From Octopus bimaculoides (taxonomy: Eukaryota), in contig NC_068985.1 in assembly GCF_001194135.2 (NCBI RefSeq), forward strand, positions 123,380,878 through 123,444,877: a DNA stretch of 64,000 bases, read 5' to 3'. The notes beneath the pieces are model-generated. The model was given only the letters and a program-made list of their open reading frames with translations. It ran no database searches and was not told where the DNA came from. Numbering within the stretch: the first letter of the stretch is position 1; each line of letters begins with the position of its first letter. Made by a program: the position numbers and the translations under genes. This document shows positions 26,800-39,844 of the stretch, one piece after another.

Positions 26800-28760
26800 T
26801 ACAGTCGGCCAGTTTACTAAACTATACCTGCACTCGTGATGACATGTGATAAGAACTTCTCGTTTAAAGTGTTTAATTAGGCTTCTTGTCAAAGAGAGTT
26901 CTTTCATGATCATTTTCTCTGTCAAGCACCTTTTGAACCTTCTGCTGCTGTTTAGTTAAGGGCTGGAATTTTTGTAGTACATTCCACTTTACTTTGTAAT
27001 GTGCGGCGTTTTCTTTCAGCGTCCATACTGTCTTACTGGACATCGCGTCTCTCTTAGATATTAAACGAGGACTAGTAGATTTTGAACCTGGTCCTGAAGG
27101 GTCTTCCTCAGCGTTCACATGTTTCCGTACGTTTGTTTCTCTACTGGGATCTTTCGACACTATCTCTGCTTCATACATGGTTTCTGAATTGCATGGCAGT
27201 TTAGTGGGCACGTGACGTTACTCCTGAATTAGCAACCTGCTTCTGTGCTAGGCTTGGGCCTATTTAGAAATATTTTATTTATGCTTAGTGCACAGCTGAG
27301 AGAAACCCTCAAAGTATCTCTATTGGAGATTTTTCTGCATATATATACATGTCCAGGGAAAACAATTATCGAACAAGTTAAGATTTCCATTAAGAGAAAA
27401 CGGGGGTGTAAACAACATCACCATTTCCGTGGGATTTTCTCTTGGTGAGATTAGTGTCGAACATCTAACTAATTTTACTTCTAAATCTACTTGCAGCCTT
27501 GTTGTATTACGGGTCTGTGGAGTCGGAGAGCTTCTTCTTCGACGATAGGTTAAGATTCTTCTTCTAAATTCTTTGTCAGGTCTTTGAAAACTATGGCCGG
27601 ATGGCAGGAAGCTGTGTTTATATATGTCAGCCTCTTATATGGTTTCTGGAAAAGTTTATAGTCACCAATGTCTAACTTTAATGTCACATCCAGGAAATTA
27701 ACCACTTTCAAATTAATCTCTATTGTGATTTTGAGCCCAAGAGAATTAAGGGTGTGAGCTAAGTCCTTCATGAGCCTATTGAGAGTGTGGCCGTTTCTCC
27801 CTCCATTTAGGGCCAAGGCATTGTACCTATGTAAGCCAAAGCTAGTTGATGGGAAGTTCTTTCTTATATCCAGCAAAAAGGCCCATAAGGTTACATATAT
27901 CAAATGCTGTCATTGCAACATCGAAGAAGCTACTCGGGTCACTTTGCTTAATGCAGGTCGAACACTGTTAAATAGATGGAGTTTTCTGGGTACATCATGA
28001 TGTTAATGTCCCCATTGCTAATTTCAGTATAGCCCCTAGCAATGCTGAGTGTCCTATATAACAAATTCTTCGATATGGATGGATAAAAAGTGCACGATGA
28101 TGAATTGGGTGAATTATGCTCTGCTTCAGCCGCTGTTGCTTTTAAACCTTGAGATGACCTTATTGGTGTTGCGTCATAGGGAGAGACCAGAAGTTCTTCT
28201 AATGTCGCATATGATATTTCTGAGCAGGTGTTTGCTTACCAAGACGGTTTCCAATTTCACAAGGTTAATCAGCTGAAAATTGTGAGCTGTTGACAAATTT
28301 AGATTTGTGGTATTCGATGGTTATAAAGACACTTTCCTTTGCCAGAGCTTCTATCCAATCTTCTATGCTTAATCTAAAAGCTAGCTCTTTGATCGCATGG
28401 TTAATGTTATTATAGACCTGAGAATCAGCCTTCCTGTAAGTCTGTGCGATACAATTGACTAATAGTTGTATTTATGCTTCGTTATCTAATCTATATAAAT
28501 TCTTAGATTTGTCCAAAAAGAGTCAAGTTCTCTTTGAATTCTTAGGTTTTCATATATCTGCGTTTAGTAAATTCTGGAAAGGAATAGAGGGCACAGAATC
28601 TCTGGAAAGGAGTACAGGAAATACAGAATCCCAGCTTTAGTATGATGTCGAAATGTATCAGTGTCTGACCAGTTCATCCGTAGACTCCCTGCTGGTAATA
28701 AATTCTTTGATAGTTGGCGATCATTGTCGTCAAGCAGACGCACTGGGCTAGAATGAGTTC
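26800..28760 (-). mobile_element. Penelope-like element, near-complete ORF, heavily disrupted
   Basis: LDKSKNLY, FITIEYHK, FDVAM, VVNFLDVTL, SCHPAIVF, FTPPFS, CPLN, terminal TCHH motifs across frames. Confidence 0.85.
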
Positions 28761-28959
28761 AGGATGTCGTTCGGATCATAAAACTTAATGACTATTAGGC
28801 AAACATCAATAACACAACATACGCTCATATACACATATACATATACGTACACACGCATATACATACCCAATTATACACGCACATGCGCCGTTCTACATTT
28901 ATACACAGACTCATCAATTCACACACAGACTCATCAATTCACACACACACACACACACA

Positions 28960-29858
28960 CGAGAAGGTACCCCCAAAGAAACCAGAATTTTGCATTATTA
29001 TTCTATTCACTTCGTTTTACATGTTTACATTTTCATTGCCTTCAAGATATTTTCAATTTGAAGTAATGCATCGGTCCAGACGCGTTTTCCACTGTTCGAA
29101 GCAGCCCTGGAACCCATGCGAAGTGATCCTTTTTAACGCCTCAATCGGTTCTTTTCTTCACCTCTTCCACATCTACAAATACCGTAGGACCAGTTTTCGT
29201 CACCATTGATGACATTCAGAAAAAAGGTCCGGATCAACTTCCAACTGTTCTTTCTGTTCACGACACGCATTCAGTCGTGACTGCTTTTGATCTTCCGTGA
29301 GCAAGCGAGGCACGAATTTTGCTGCAATACTTTTCATTCGCAACTCCGCGCTCAAAATTCGTTAGCAGGAGCTTCAGGAAACACTAACTATATAAACAAG
29401 TTCGTCAATTGTTCGGCGACGGTCTTCCAAGATCAGTTCATGAATTTTCATGTTTTCATTCGTTTGTGAGGTCGACGGTCGCCCTGGATGAGGTTGGTCT
29501 TCAAGCGACAAGTGACCATTCCTAAAGTGTGAAAAACACTCATAAACTTATGTTTTTTTTTGTTTTTTTTTTACTCATAGCAGCGTGCTTGTAAGCTGTT
29601 TGAAGCATGACAACTGTTTCGGCCTCCGTTCTCCCCATAAGAAAACAAAATTTCACGGAGGCACGTTAAAATCGACGAACAGGGGAGAAGCACTGCAAAA
29701 CAAAGACACACCACGTAGCAGTACGACTCCATAGGAGGACGCAGTTGGCAGACTGTTGCCTGAGGGTTGCATCAAGTGGCTTCTAGCGACGGAAGCTTGA
29801 ACTACAACGGGCTTGTCCCACAGAGAACTTTCTGGTTACTTTTGGGTACCTCCATCAA
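28960..29858 (-). mobile_element. Internally deleted mariner element
   Basis: TIRs g(a/g)aggtaccc..aaag(a/t)aaccagaa at both ends; transposase remnant jumps from INGDENWSYG directly to DVEEVKK...CFEQWKTRLDRCITSN, so most of the DDD core is missing. Confidence 0.85.
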
Positions 29859-31445
29859 TACACATCAACAGGCATGTAAATGCCTATACGTCCACATATA
29901 CATATATACGGTCAAATACGTGCACTCACACATACACTTATATATATNNNNNNNNNNNNNNNNNNNNNNNNNNNNNNNNNNNNNNNNNNNNNNNNNNNNN
30001 NNNNNNNNNNNNNNNNNNNNNNNNNNNNNNNNNNNNNNNNNNNNNNNNNNNNNNNNNNNNNNNNNNNNNNNNNNNNNNNNNNNNNNNNNNNNNNNNNNNN
30101 NNNNNNNNNNNNNNNNNNNNNNNNNNNNNNNNNNNNNNNNNNNNNNNNNNNNNNNNNNNNNNNNNNNNNNNNNNNNNNNNNNNNNNNNNNNNNNNNNNNN
30201 NNNNNNNNNNNNNNNNNNNNNNNNNNNNNNNNNNNNNNNNNNNNNNNNNNNNNNNNNNNNNNNNNNNNNNNNNNNNNNNNNNNNNNNNNNNNATATATGT
30301 GTGTGTGTATATATGTTTGTCCCCCCAACATCGGTTGACAACCGATGCTGGTGTGTTTATGTCCCCGTAACTTAGCGGTAAAAGAGACCGATAAGTACTA
30401 GGCTTCCAAAGAATAAGTCCTGGGGGCGTTTTGCTCGGCTAAAGGCGGTGCTCCAGCATGGCCGCAGTCCAATGACTGAAACAAGTACATACATACATAC
30501 ATACATACATACATCAAGTAGTTTTGTAAGTAAATGCCTAACTGTCTCTCTGGATAAGCTTGGATTTCCAGAAAAACAAATCAACTGATTCGCACATTTC
30601 AAATACAATCTGTAAGCGGAGCAATAAAACTATGCAAGACTTTTCTCAGTTTTCAAGATGTGACGTTATTTTCATTATCTCCATTCCATCGATGGAGCTT
30701 TACATCTTTGTTAGAAACCAGTTCCTTTCGCAAAGAAAGACTTTAAATAATTAAAAACAGAAAAGAACGTGAGAGTGCGCGCGCGCACACACGCATGAGC
30801 ACACACACACACGCACACATTCTTGACGTCATAAGAATTTAATAAGCTATGAAGGAGGGCGTCAAATAATTGTTTGGTGGGGAGGGGGAATAGTATATCA
30901 TGAAGCACAAACATGAAACTATCCAAATAGAGTTACCTACATACGTACATACATAATACATACATACATACAACACACACACACGCACATATATATGTAT
31001 TATGTATGTATTTATACACACACATATACATACATGCACACACTAATATATACACCTGCCGAATATATAAGTACATCTGTGAACCTGTGCATCTTTGTGT
31101 GTTTGCTGCCATCAATGTCACAATATTGACATCTCGGCTGAGTCAATTTAGGTATTTATAAAATATCTCGTCGTGTATCGTAGTTTGATTCGGTATGACA
31201 AGTTTTAATCGATAAACTGCTTCTTATAATAAGGTGGCCATCAACGTTACGAATGCCAACATCACGTGTGAAAAGCAACCTTTTATAAGTGACAAACAAA
31301 ACAAACACTTACTTTTCGATCCATGTGAAACTGATTCACGTTTACATATATGTATATCGTATATTTATGTATAAAAGAATAACAACTGTATTTATCAAGA
31401 TATTTTTAATGTATAGCTAGACATTAACGGTGTATATGTATACGC

Positions 31446-31513
<68 letters not shown>

Positions 31514-31549
31514 GTATATGTATATGTGTGTGTGTGTGTAATTGAGACA

Positions 31550-32050
31550 ATTGGAGTCAACAAGAAGTACGGTTGGACATTTATTTTTTAATCACTACAA
31601 TTGTTTCCACGTAACGTAGTTCTCCAGACTTACAGGTACTTGATTATGCAACCACTTCCCTGCATTATGAGATCTAATTGTGTTTCCGCGGGCGATATGT
31701 AAATATTGTCTCCGTAAGTTCAAATTCTTGGCTTCAAGAACATCCTCTCTGTTTGTCGTACCTAAATTTAGTAGAAGTCACTGGGTATACCAGGGTGTGT
31801 TGTACCTGAAGGACTGTTGGTAAACTGCTTTGAATGTGTAGATGTAGTGGGATAGTGATTCTACTACTGTTAAAGTGGTTGCCGTTTTAAAGAGATTGGT
31901 ATTTGATTTCTTTGTACTCTTGATTTGTTCTTCATTGTTGGTTACATATGCGATTGTCCTTAGCTGACCTTTTTTCAATTATCTTATTCAAACACGACAG
32001 ATGCCCAAATGTAACCCTGAAAATACGTCTAATACTACTACTGGATAGCA
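31550..32050 (-). mobile_element. Possible Penelope-like 3' remnant with decayed hammerhead
   Basis: Hammerhead-like fold at 31589-31646; upstream coding remnant only weakly recognisable. Confidence 0.4.
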
Positions 32051-32137
32051 CAGGATGAAATATGAAGGCGGACACGCTTTATACTGTACTCTATTACGTT
32101 CTTAACAATATACCAAAACTCTGTGTGTGTGTGTGTA

Positions 32138-32168
32138 TTGGGTTGACAAGAAAGTAATTTCGGTTTTT
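32138..32168 (+). mobile_element. Isolated mariner (Hsmar1/MADE-like) TIR
   Basis: TA|TTGGGTTGACAAGAAAGTAATTTCGGTTTT resembles TTAGGTTGGTGCAAAAGTAATTGCGGTTTT. Confidence 0.5.
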
Positions 32169-32549
32169 TAATGTGAAGTCGTCTTTCTTTTTCATACACA
32201 GAATGAATTTTAATACATATATATTTGTTCTTTTACTCTTTTACATGTTTCAGTCATTTGACTGTGGATAAAACTGAACCAGCACACACTAAAACATATA
32301 ATTATTGGCAAACCAACACACTCAGACGCGCATATATGAATGTGTCTTTGTGTGAATGTATTTGTTGTGGTTGATTTGAGGCATTAAGAGATTTGAAAAT
32401 AAATCTTATTCAGAACTGGGGTCGATGTCAACGACTTACTCCCTTTTTCGAAATTGCTGGTCTTCTACCAAAATTTGAAACCATATTATTATTATTTTTA
32501 TCATTATTATAATTATTATTATCATCATCATCATCAGCAGCAGCAGTAG

Positions 32550-32585
<36 letters not shown>

Positions 32586-32820
32586 TTGCCTAAAGGTGGC
32601 GAGCTGGCAGAATTGTTTGCATGCTGGGCAAAATGCTTAGCTGCATTTCACCCATCTTAATAGTCAGGGTTCAAATTCTGCCGAAGTCGACTTAGCCTTT
32701 CGGGGTCGATGAAATAAATGCCAGTTGAACACTGAGATTGATGTAATCGACTGACAAACCCTCCGAAATTGCTGGCCTTGTGCCAAAATTTGAAACCATT
32801 ATTATTATTATTATAGTTAA

Positions 32821-32871
<51 letters not shown>

Positions 32872-32872
<1 letters not shown>

Positions 32873-33574
32873 TGCTTTTACTTAAATTTATACAAGCTGC
32901 ACCCAAGTTTCACTCAGAGACGTCAAGATACAACAGGTTTTGTATCTAAAGATGTAAACATGTAAGTTGTCATGCAATTGAAAAAACTGATGTGTGTGTC
33001 TTATGAAATAGAAATCTCTTTACAAAATGTACAAGTCTGACTAAGATTGTACCGATAGGTATGATCTTTTGGGACTCACTTATTTTGGGGCTGCCAGGAA
33101 TTTGGACTACATATTTGTTTGTTCCGTTTGATATCATACCGAGTACCATTAATAAAAATAGGTAACGTTACTTTGAGATGCTATTCTCTCTCCAACTTCT
33201 TATGCTTATTCAATTTTTCAAGCGTTTTCAGTGATATGTTTTTTGTAGCATGCAGCAAAAGATATGTATTTTCAACATGATTTTTCACAATAATATCAGG
33301 TCGGTTAGTCAGAATTTCCTGATCAGACTGAAATCTGGAATTCCAAGAATTTAGCATTCTGGGTTACTTGTGTAATTTATTTTCCCACCATTTTTCTTTG
33401 TGACAGAGGTTGTATGTTGACCAGTTTATGCTTGTCGTTTCGTTGCAAGTACTCTGTTGGTACTATTTTGCCGTCGACTGGTACTGGATGTTCTCTGCAC
33501 ACGCGACACGATGAACTACTTCCATGTTTCAGAATACTACGCTAGTAATTCCTAGATAGCAAAGTGTAAGCCTG

Positions 33575-33580
<6 letters not shown>
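32872..33580 (-). mobile_element. R4/Dong-like LINE 3' part ending in (AAT)n
   Basis: AAQ..L.SRNY..ILKHG...CRVC..TEYLQR.D, RPDIIVKN, LGMISNGTNKYVVQIPG; 3' UTR runs into (AAT)n at 32800-32871. Confidence 0.75.
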
Positions 33581-33605
<25 letters not shown>

Positions 33606-33619
33606 GCAGCAATGGCAAG

Positions 33620-34225
33620 AGCAACAAAATAAGCCATTGTATTTTATGTGGATGACTTGAAACTCTGTGGTGCAGACATCGATGAGCTTGAACGCCTATT
33701 TCGTACTGCGAAAGCATTCAATGCATTCAGTATTGACATCGGTATGGTGTTTGGTCTTGAAATTGGAAACCTCAAATTCAGTCATGCTGACCCAGTTATA
33801 AAAGAACTTGAGCAGGAACAAGCCTATAAATACCTAGGAATAAAATAAGAATCTGGCATTCAGCATGCAAGCACGAAAGAGAAGATCATGAAGGAATGTT
33901 ATAGGAGAGTTCGAGCAGTTATGAAATCTGGACTAAATGCACTTAACTAGGCGTTAGCCATAAATTCATTAGCCGTTCTAGTTGTTACTTATAGCTTCAA
34001 TGTGTTGAACTGGATTATCAGTAAAATAAACAAAATTGATAGAAAAATCCGTAACTTTCTGACATGTAATAAGATGCACCACCCAAACCCAGACGTGTAT
34101 CGTCTTCTTTGCCTTCCCTGAGCCCCAGGAGGTCGAGGCTTGATCCAGTTTGAACTTTCTTACAAAACTACAATTGGACTAGTCAAATATCTTGAAACAA
34201 CTAACGACTGGATGCTTAAAACTGA
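33620..34225 (+). mobile_element. R4/Dong-like RT/thumb segment
   Basis: YVDDLKL, AYKYLGI, AINSLAV, HHPNPDVYRL, GGRGLIQ motifs. Confidence 0.85.
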
Positions 34226-34231
34226 TAAACA

Positions 34232-36360
34232 AGATTCACAGGGACAGAAAACCCCTTTATGAGACGTAGGTCAACGGTCTCAAAGTGGATGAATAGGTAA
34301 CTGAAGGATAAGGAGAAGTCTGTCTTAATACAGACATTTCTAGAAATCGAAAACAAGATCAAACTCTCTCATGAAAGAGAAAGAGCAGAGAGAGAGAGAG
34401 AAGGGAACTGAAACAAGCATAAACACAAATCCCAAAGCTTTCTATATATTCGCAAAGGAAACAACCACAATACAATATAAAATAGGGCCATTGCTCCAAG
34501 GGAATGACTCACTGAAAGCTGACCCAGTGAACAATTTTAAAGTGTCTTCACTTCCACCTCGGACACATGCAGATAAAAAATTCGGCTGAATTCTTTAATA
34601 TTGCAGCTCTAAAGAAGGAGGCGCTAGCCATGGATTACATCAACATTGAGGAGACAGATGTAACAACAGCCATAGATGAAATGAGCTCATGCTCCACAAC
34701 TGGTCCTGTTGGCTTCCTACCTGTTGTCCTGAAGTCATGTAAGCAGGCTTTAGTGAAACCACTTCAGATACTTTTCCAAAGTTTCCTTCCAAGTGGTAAA
34801 CTTCGTAAAAAGCTGAAAGAAGGCATTATATACCCTATCCACAAAGGTGGAAGCAAAGCAGAGGCCAAAAGCTACAGGCCACTCTCTATGACCTCACATG
34901 CCAATAAAGTCATGGAGCAAATCATCAGAAAGAAGTTTATAATGTTTCTAGAAGAAAATGACCCACTGGACAATACACAGCATGGCTTCCATTCAAGAAG
35001 AAGCTACCTCACACAATTCCTACAGCACTGACTGGGTTTTGAAACAGCTGCTTGACCATTCAGCTGTCAGCGTGATATACCTTGACTTTACAAAGGCATT
35101 TGATAAGATAGATCATGGCTTGATATATCATGAGCTACAAGACCTTGGCATTGCTGGTAAACTGGGAGAGTGGCTGCATGACTTCCTTAAAGACAGAAGT
35201 CAAGTAGCTGCAGCCAATGGTGCTCTTTCTGAGGAAACTCAAATCCCAAGTAGTGTCCCCCTTCGAACTGCTCTGAGGCCATTACTGTTCATAATAGTTC
35301 TCTTTGACATGCCCATGGTCACTCAGACAGCCACTGTCACTAGCTATGTTGATGGTACAAAATTATCACCAGCAATAAAAACTAAGATGATGTTGCAAGC
35401 TTACAGCAGGAGCTGAATTCGATATATAAGTGGGCTGAAATAAACCACATGCAATTTAATGCTGGAAAATTTCAAGCAATGCACTATTAACTCACGAATG
35501 TACTACAGACTGCATATACAGGACTTAAAGACTACAATCCTAGTGTCACAGGTAGTGAAAGACTTGGGGATCAGTATATGCAATGATGCATCATTTTATA
35601 TGCACATTGCCAAGATGGCAGCAAAGTTCAGACAACTGGTAGGATGGATACTGAGGTCCTTCAAGACAAGAGACCAAGAAATTATGTTGACTCTGTAGAG
35701 AACCTTTTTTCTCAGCTGCCTGGACTACTGCTCCCAGTTATGGTCACCATATAGTGCCAAACTAACAGCAGAGCTTGAAATAATCCAATGCCACTACACT
35801 AAAAAGATTGAAGTGGATGAAAAACAGTGAAGTGGGTGAGCTACAGGGATAAGCTGAGAAAACTGCAACTTTACTCCCTGGAGTGAAGGTGTGAGAAATA
35901 TGCAATAATCTACATATGGAAAACTCTAGAGGGCTAGTACCTAATTTTGGCATTGAGTGTTAGACAAATGTCAGAATTGGCTGCCATTGCATTGTACTAA
36001 AAGTATCATCTGCTCCATCTGAATTCATGACCAAGTACTGCAATAATCTAAGGTTCAAAGGCCCACAGCTCTTCAACGTTCTACCACAAAAAATAAGAAA
36101 TCTGCATAAGGTGGAAGTAGATTTCTTCAAAAAGGAACTAGACATTCTCCTCACCACAATACCAGATGAACAAACAGCCTGACATGAGGTGCACATGAGG
36201 ACAAAGGAATCAAACTCCCTTATACACCAAATGACAAAGGTACATGCAGGAGTGGTGATGTGAAATGCCCCAGATGGAGGAAATCAGAAACACCATGGTG
36301 GTGCTCCAGCATGACCACAGCTGCATGGCTGAAACAAGTAAAAGAATAGAAGAATATTAT
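34232..36360 (+). mobile_element. CR1/L2-group LINE, 5'-truncated, decayed, with 3' tail
   Basis: NPKAFY, YRPLSMTS, QHGF, YLDFTKAFDKIDH, KDLGI, WSPY motifs across frames; 3' UTR ends gaaacaagtaaaagaatagaagaat. Confidence 0.9.
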
Positions 36361-37959
36361 ATATATATATATATATATAATCAAGGTTCAGGGAAGGCAG
36401 ATCCAACAGGAACAGTAATCCAAGGTAACAAGAGATTCCGGCAGTTGGGTACATCAAATCCAGTTGAAAGGCCAGGGTCCGTGTGAGCGTACGTTATATA
36501 AGTTCAAAAAAACAATAACAAAAAAAACAACAAAGTGAGGACGTGATACGGATAGTGTTATTGGACGCTCGGGAAAGGAAATCTCTCTTTCCTTTCCNNN
36601 NNNNNNNGCTCCAGCATGACCACAGCTGCATGGCTGAAACAAGTAAAAGAATAGAAGAATATTATATATATATATATATATATAATATATATATATAATA
36701 TATAAGCTAGATTCATGTACTGGCTACAGTCTTGGACTGTAGAGATAGCATATATGGTAATTATTTCAGGTACAGATTTTAGCTTCATAGATTTTAAGAG
36801 TCACTATATATTTTGACACACACACACTTACATAGATTCCAGCATACATATGCATGAATAAGTAACCTAACTTCATCTACTTTATTGTTAATAATTTTAA
36901 AGGAATACAGCCATTCCAAGAAAGAAAACCAGTGGATATTGAAAAGTACTGTTCTTAATGGAAGAATGTATTCAAAGAGAAAGTGATGAATGTTTATGTG
37001 TCAAAATTGCTCTGCTCATAACACAGCATTCTGACAGTCATTATTGGGCAGACTCCCAAGACAAAAGGATTTGCGAGCTGTCACACTTCACTGTACCTGT
37101 CACTAAATCCCTGAATTATTGTCTGCCATTAAAATTCCTTTTCTCTAGTCTTCAAATATGGTCTCTTTTAATGAGCTCCAGAACGAATCTGACTTGATAG
37201 ATCTTTGGTGGCATCATCACATGAAAGATTAGACTGTATTTTATTATTTGATATGTCAGATTTTTGCTGACTTCTCTACTCAATCTAATAAATCTTACTT
37301 GTTTGCACAACACGTCCTGGATTAATACCATATTTTATTGATTTGCAAAGATGAATGGCAATGTTGACTTCAGCATGATGTGAATTCCAGGCATCAAGTG
37401 TTGGAACAAATACTGCCAAGGAATTTTGTCCTATGATCCATAAACTCAGCCAATTTACTAAATAATTTAATAGTAGGCTGCTTTCAGTACCCTATAATGG
37501 ATTAGCAAATTTCTGTTAGATGTAATACTGATTTCTGTAGATTAATTGGAAGTAAAGATTTGTATAAATGATGTAACAGTCAAATATTATAAAATATTGC
37601 AGAAATTAGGACAGAGGATTGGCAGGATCATTAGGGCATTGGACAAAAGGGACTGTGGTATTTAGTTGCACTGTTCTACTTTCTGAACTCGAATCTCACC
37701 AAGATCAACTTTGGCTTTCATCCCCCTGGAGTTAATAAAATACCAGTCATGTACTGGGATTAATAATATTGACTAATCTCCTCCTTCAAATTTTCAAGAC
37801 TTGTACCTATGTCAAAAACAATTTTCTTCTTGCAAATATTTATACTTTTTATTAGATATTGTTATTGGTAATTAATGGTTAGTAAGAATTTACTTTTTCT
37901 CAGATGATTGCTGATGCATGAAATTAACTTCTGCAGTTACTAACAACAACAACAACAAA

Positions 37960-38617
37960 AGACCTATTGGTACAAGTTCTTAGGAGCAAGTAGATATTTG
38001 TATATTGAAGTAAGGTATGAATGTATACATCTTATTTGTAAATATTCAGTTACAGTTAAGAAAAAGTAAAATCTTGGCTACAGCTATCAAGCCAGAACCA
38101 AAACTGCTCTGCTTTTAAACAAGCAAGCAATTTTAGAAGACACTTTATGCAAACAGCAATCTATTTTTGAAAGACATAAATAAAAATTCTTCTATATAAC
38201 ACAAGGTATAAAGTGTGTGAGCTAATGACAGAAAGTGAAGCCACACACATCAAAGGGGAGTTTATCAAAGTGTGTATAGTTATTGCCAAAGATAGTCAGA
38301 TTGTTGCATAAATATAGCACAGAAGGTTATAATTGCCCATGGGATGCTGGCAAAATATACATTACAAATAGATTTTTCTTTAGAAAAAGATTTATGTTTA
38401 GAGCAGAGGTGAAGACTGATTTTCCTCAGCTCAAATCAGAAATAAGTAATTTCAATTTATTTATTCTACAGAAAAACTGAGCAGTATAGTTACAGATTCT
38501 GTATCATGTACAGTAGGATATCATAAAAGGATTTTAAGTGTTAATCAAGAAAGAATTGGAAAACTTAACAGGAATCAAATACCTTAATTGGGTGCCATTG
38601 TCTTATTCATGAACACA

Positions 38618-38673
<56 letters not shown>

Positions 38674-39470
38674 ATGTGCACATTTTTATAAATAAACAAT
38701 ACAAATGTGATAACAAAATGTATTCATGAAAAAATAAGTAATTCAACAACAGAAACTTTAATGAACCTTGAAACAGAATATGGTGGGGTCATGCTCAAAT
38801 GTTATTTCTCAAAAAGCAAGTGAAGCTCTTTTAGGATGTTAAAAGTTTTCTATCATGGGAATCAAGGGACAAAGAAGAAAATGGTTTCTGACTGAGTATC
38901 TTCAGTTGATCTCACAAGTAACACAAGTTGACATCAAAAGGAGTGAATCAGCTATTTGCTTATCTTCTTGTCAACATCAGAAGTTTTGTATAAAAGCTGC
39001 TATTGTTTATAAATCTATTGGTAGATTTACGAATAAAATAAAAACGGCATGGAATATTTTCCGGTACCTAAAGAACCAATGGCAAAGTATGCTACAAAGT
39101 GCTTCGATCTTTCAGGTCAATTTCAAGAGGCTGAGATTTTTTGAAATCATAAATTCAAACTTTGAACATGAGCAACTACTCTTGATCTGCAGAAAATTCC
39201 AGTTCATTAATAATCAGATAAATTGTATTAAAAAAAAACAGTAAAATTTGGATAACAATGCATTATCTATTTTGGAATTTTATAAATCATATGTAGAGAT
39301 TGAAAAATATTCATATTTGAGGAACCATAGATTGAAAATGCATCACTGCTTTCTACTACTAAACTGGCTGAGAAAATTAGAGATGATTATCTTGCAAATC
39401 AAGTCAGACATTTTGGATTATCTTTGTGCTTACCAAAACAAAGTAGAACCAACCATATTATTGAGATGTG
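37960..39470 (+). mobile_element. hAT transposase relic (SPIN/GTF2IRD2-like)
   Basis: Remnants in the expected order: CIHLIC.YSVTVKK, QQSIF, KGEFIKVC, IVTDS, HCLIHE, ETEYG, FYKSYVEIEKYSYLRNH.LKM; many stops; (TG)n expanded at ~38597-38670. Confidence 0.65.
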
Positions 39471-39844
39471 AGGTAAGTCTTATTCAATTTAAAACACAGG
39501 CAATATGGTTTCAGGTTCAGTTCCATTGTTTGGCACTTTGGGAAAGTGACTTCTAATCCTATGCTAACCTATGCTTCATGAATGTATTTGGTAGATGGAA
39601 ACTGTAAGGAAGCCTATTGTGTGTGTGTAAATATTTACATTCTGGTATTGTTTGTTGGAAATCCCTCAGCAAATCATCTGGTAGTTCCACACTTTTCAAA
39701 AGAAGCGGATTAAAAGATCCCTTACAATGAAAATCGTCATAGATTAGTGACTAGAAGGGTATTTGGTTGTAAAACAAATGAATGAACTTTGTGATATCTT
39801 GCTATTTAAAGCATTTCAAAGTTTTGATATTGCTAAGAGTAAGA

